The notes under the pieces were generated by a model, which worked only from the letters and a program-made list of their open reading frames with translations, was not told the origin of the DNA and did not search any database. From Candidatus Latescibacterota bacterium (GTDB taxonomy: Bacteria > Latescibacterota > UBA2968 > UBA8231): a stretch of 64,000 nt of DNA. Shown piece after piece: positions 61,063 through 64,000 of this stretch; the stretch's first letter is position 1, and each line of letters begins with the position of its first letter. A program made the position numbers and the translations under genes. The stretch spans positions 1,344,001-1,408,000 of the forward strand of contig CBDAOB010000004.1 in NCBI GenBank assembly GCA_965197905.1. Direction: 5' to 3'.

Positions 61063-61551
61063 TCAAGCGGGAATCAACCGATGGCGCAAGAGTAAGGCGT
61101 AGGCGATAGTCATACCCAACACGCCCGAATAAGCAGCCCGACCGAGCGCGTAGCGCAGCCAAAAAAACGGCACGTCGACGAGAGGAACGCCGCCGTAGCC
61201 GACGTAATATATCAGATCGTGCAACAGTACAGCGGCGACGACGAAGACGACCTGGACCCGCAGATTGTCGACCACGATCCCGGACCGCATCGATCCGACC
61301 GCCAGCACCACCAGAACGTTCACCAGGGCGTTGAGGCCGAGATTCTGGGGCAGGTATGCATCTTGCAAGAGGCCGACGAAAAGCGCCATCAGGATGGATT
61401 CCATCGGATCGACGACCAGGGCTATTAGAACCAGGGTGACGACGATCAGATCGGGAGCGATGTCCAGAATCTGCAGAGATTGAACCCACGTCGTCTGGAG
61501 CAGAAAAGCGAGAAGGAGCAGAAGGATTCGCCGCAGAGCGCCCAAGCTCAA
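61063..61551 (-). CDS. mreD: Rod shape-determining protein MreD
   Basis: 162-aa hydrophobic protein, PDL and GLLQD..LGLNAL; directly upstream of mrdA. Confidence 0.85.
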   Translation of the reverse strand: MSLGALRRILLLLLAFLLQTTWVQSLQILDIAPDLIVVTLVLIALVVDPMESILMALFVGLLQDAYLPQNLGLNALVNVLVVLAVGSMRSGIVVDNLRVQVVFVVAAVLLHDLIYYVGYGGVPLVDVPFFWLRYALGRAAYSGVLGMTIAYALLLRHRLIPA

Positions 61552-63482
61552 TCAACTGTCGTCGTGGAGGAAGTCACCTGCAGCTTCATGCCGGCCAATA
61601 GGGTACTATTCAGACTGATGTTGTTGCGGCGAGCGAGGTCCTTGGCCGGCAGTCCGAACCTGCGGGCAATACCGTAGAGGGTGTCCCCTTTCACAACGGT
61701 GTACAGGGCCGCGTCGCTCGAACGGAGGGCCAGTTTCTGGCCGGGAAAAATCACATCCCCGTCGAGATCGTTCCAGGTCTTGAGCTCATGCAGTCCAATT
61801 CCCAGCTTGGCCGCGATTCCCCAGAGGGTTTCCCCGCTGCGTACGGTATAGGTCTCGCCCCCTGCGAGAGCGCGGGACAACAACCTGGGATTGCGTTTTG
61901 GAACCGACCGCAGCGACAGACGTTGACCGGGGAAAATCATGTCGCCGCGCACGTTGTTCAGCTTCCGCAGCTGTCTCACCTTGAGTCCGAAGCGGTGGGC
62001 GATGGAGGACAGCGAGTCCCCAGGTTTGACGACGTAGGCGGTGGAAGTGGTGCCAGATCCCGTTCCTTGAAAAGCCGGGATATGCAATCTCTGGCCCGGG
62101 AAGATGCGGTTTGGATTGCGCAGATTGTTGGCGTTTGCCACCACCCATGGTTTGACCCCGAACTCCGACGCGATGGTGGAAATGTTATCGTTCGGACGTA
62201 CGGTGTACTCGAACCACGCAACCTGCTTTTCGCGCGCGGGTAGCCGCCGATAGCAATCCAGGAAGCCTCCGGCCGCTCCGACGGGCACGCGCAAATCGTA
62301 CTTGCGTGAGCTGCGTTGTGGCGGCGTAGTGCCGCGACGCAGCTCTGGGTTCAGAAGCCGCAACGTTGTACGCGTCGTGCGGGCGCATTTCGCGGCTGAA
62401 GTCAGACGCAACGGATTGGGAAGTTCCACCTGCTCAAACGCCAGCGGCGAGTCCCGTTGGAGCCCGGTAAACCCGAAGAGCTCGGGCGCTTTCGAGATGA
62501 TGGTGGCCGCCATGAACAGCGGCACGTAGTTCCGCGTTTCCCGAGGAAGTTTGAGCTTCCAGTAGTCCCTGGTACTCTGCTTCTTTATGGCGCGACGAAC
62601 GCGATTTGGTCCACCGTTGTAGGCGGCAATGGCCAGACGCCAATCGCCGAATTTTGCATACAAACGTTTCAGGTGACGTGCCGCCGCCCGGGTAGACTTC
62701 CTCGGGTCGCGGCGTTCGTCGACCCAGTGCGTACGACTGAGTCCCTCCAAACGGCCGGTCGACTCCATGAACTGCCACATCCCCGCAGCGTGGGCACGGG
62801 AATACGCCTTCGGGTTGAATCCGCTTTCGATCATCGCCAGGTAGAGCAGATCCTTCGGCAGGCCTTCCGCCGCGAGAACCCGCAAAATGAGATCGCGATA
62901 TTTCCAGGACCGTTTATACCAGCTCATGTAGGTTTCGCGGCCTTTGGTTTGAAAGAAGCGGATGCTGGCCGCGACTCGAGCGTTGGCATCGATCGGCACG
63001 TCACAGTGCCGACTCAACTGGTGAATCCGAACAAATGGACTGGCGTCCTTTGGAAGATTTTCCAGTTCAGCTTCCGAGATTCCTTCGAGCAACAAAACCA
63101 GAGGGCTGTCAGGCGAGAAGTGCTCCAGGTGCGGCACCAGGCTCAGATAGGCTTGCTCCACTTGGCGGCGTAGCTCATCCGCGGTCTTATTGGCCTCGCG
63201 GTGAGCATCGTCTTCGGTATCGAACTGCCCCAACCGGTTGAAGGCAAGATCCAGCTCCCGCTGCGCCGCTGGGAACAGGGACGAATTGCGCGCCTCCGCA
63301 GCACGCAGAAGGTGCCAGCGGATGACGCGAATCATCTGTTTGGCCGATTCCGGGGTAACAGATTCAGCCAGAGAATCAATCGCGGCGGCGGAGGTTTCGA
63401 GAGATTTCCCGCGCTTACCCACCAAAGCGCAGGAGGCCAGCAACAGCAGCGCGCAAAAAGAAATCAACAGCAGACGCATCAT
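61548..63482 (-). CDS. mltD: MltD-like lytic transglycosylase lipoprotein with four LysM domains
   Basis: Lipobox LASC, IESGF, GMWQF, AYNGG and ETRNYV; four YTV..GD/ETL repeats. Confidence 0.9.
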   Translation of the reverse strand: MMRLLLISFCALLLLASCALVGKRGKSLETSAAAIDSLAESVTPESAKQMIRVIRWHLLRAAEARNSSLFPAAQRELDLAFNRLGQFDTEDDAHREANKTADELRRQVEQAYLSLVPHLEHFSPDSPLVLLLEGISEAELENLPKDASPFVRIHQLSRHCDVPIDANARVAASIRFFQTKGRETYMSWYKRSWKYRDLILRVLAAEGLPKDLLYLAMIESGFNPKAYSRAHAAGMWQFMESTGRLEGLSRTHWVDERRDPRKSTRAAARHLKRLYAKFGDWRLAIAAYNGGPNRVRRAIKKQSTRDYWKLKLPRETRNYVPLFMAATIISKAPELFGFTGLQRDSPLAFEQVELPNPLRLTSAAKCARTTRTTLRLLNPELRRGTTPPQRSSRKYDLRVPVGAAGGFLDCYRRLPAREKQVAWFEYTVRPNDNISTIASEFGVKPWVVANANNLRNPNRIFPGQRLHIPAFQGTGSGTTSTAYVVKPGDSLSSIAHRFGLKVRQLRKLNNVRGDMIFPGQRLSLRSVPKRNPRLLSRALAGGETYTVRSGETLWGIAAKLGIGLHELKTWNDLDGDVIFPGQKLALRSSDAALYTVVKGDTLYGIARRFGLPAKDLARRNNISLNSTLLAGMKLQVTSSTTTVD

Positions 63483-64000
63483 GGCGCTGAGTTGGCGGGA
63501 AGGAGAATCTCGCCCCTGAGTTTCAGGGCGTTGTTGTAGGGGAACCCCCGGTTTCGAATCCGCTCCGCCAGCAGCTGAGCCTCCGATTCGTCGCGAAAGT
63601 TTCCCACTTCGACCTTGTAATAAGGTTCTTTGAAGGTGACGTCGATGTCGGCCCGCCGCAGGTCCCGCTGAGCACGTAGCTTGAAGCTTCTCGCCTTCTC
63701 GTGAACGAGAAACTGACTGAGAAGAACGCGCCAACCAAACCCTCGGACCATCTCTACAGCGGCCGGAGGCGGGGCGGCCTCCGCCGCCGGGGCAGCTTCG
63801 ACCGGTTCTACCGATTCCTCGTCAGCGTCAAGTTGGCCGGGTTCCCCAACCTGAACCACGTAGGCCGACTGGAAGGCGTCGTCAAGCGCTACAATCCTGG
63901 CGCGCAACGCCTCGGCTTCCATCTCTTCGGAGTACGCGCCAGCGCGCACGAGGAAGAGCTCGTTATGGCGGTCGACCACGAGCGGAACTTCCAACGTTTG
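63479..64000 (-). CDS. SPOR-domain protein (5' partial)
   Basis: Two SPOR-like segments (VRAGAY; YYKVEVGNF); the frame runs to the window edge. Confidence 0.75.
   Translation of the reverse strand, partial: QTLEVPLVVDRHNELFLVRAGAYSEEMEAEALRARIVALDDAFQSAYVVQVGEPGQLDADEESVEPVEAAPAAEAAPPPAAVEMVRGFGWRVLLSQFLVHEKARSFKLRAQRDLRRADIDVTFKEPYYKVEVGNFRDESEAQLLAERIRNRGFPYNNALKLRGEILLPANSAP

Noticed and set aside
61548..63734. Track's extended start for mltD (likewise for parA, mazG, the cyclase and the ATP-grasp gene)
   Set aside because: The extensions overlap neighbouring genes or promoters; internal starts with an RBS, signal peptide or stop-start overlap fit better.
1..64000. CRISPR array, rRNA, tRNA (including selC), prophage, intact IS or integron
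   Set aside because: No repeat-spacer periodicity, cloverleaf, phage gene or full transposase/integrase was recognised by eye; a covariance search could still find small RNAs.

Overview
Bacterial DNA, roughly 60% GC by eye, probably from an uncultured diderm. The large D/N-rich secreted protein, the paralogous beta-propeller hydrolases and the many catabolic oxidoreductases resemble Latescibacterota or related marine lineages, but that is inference. The window has four parts. (1) 1-5.9 kb: a partial large secreted protein missed by the ORF track, a lipoprotein, a PHP metallohydrolase and a sulfatase-fold enzyme. (2) About 5.9-23.5 kb: a cell-surface glycosylation island with many lesions. It holds arn-like amino-sugar genes, WbqC, a flippase, ArnT-like transferases, radical SAM genes and an IS91-like remnant, with frameshifts, an in-frame amber and a deletion junction. 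(3) About 23.6-47.5 kb: catabolic and accessory genes, a dual-receiver cyclase with guanylyl-cyclase-type residues, a desaturase/RhlE pair and a receptor-L repeat lipoprotein. (4) 47.5-64 kb: MazG pair, sigma-70 factor, orphan parA, nfuA and a SPOR-mltD-mreD-mrdA-rodA-TPR operon. The best candidate system lies in part 4. A radical SAM gene's apparent TGA stop reads as selenocysteine (WYC-U-AEP tail plus a SECIS-like hairpin). It is flanked by nfuA and an ATP-grasp ligase, and by two divergent sensor-less sigma-54 activators, each preceded by a -24/-12-like promoter. No rRNA, tRNA or CRISPR array was seen.
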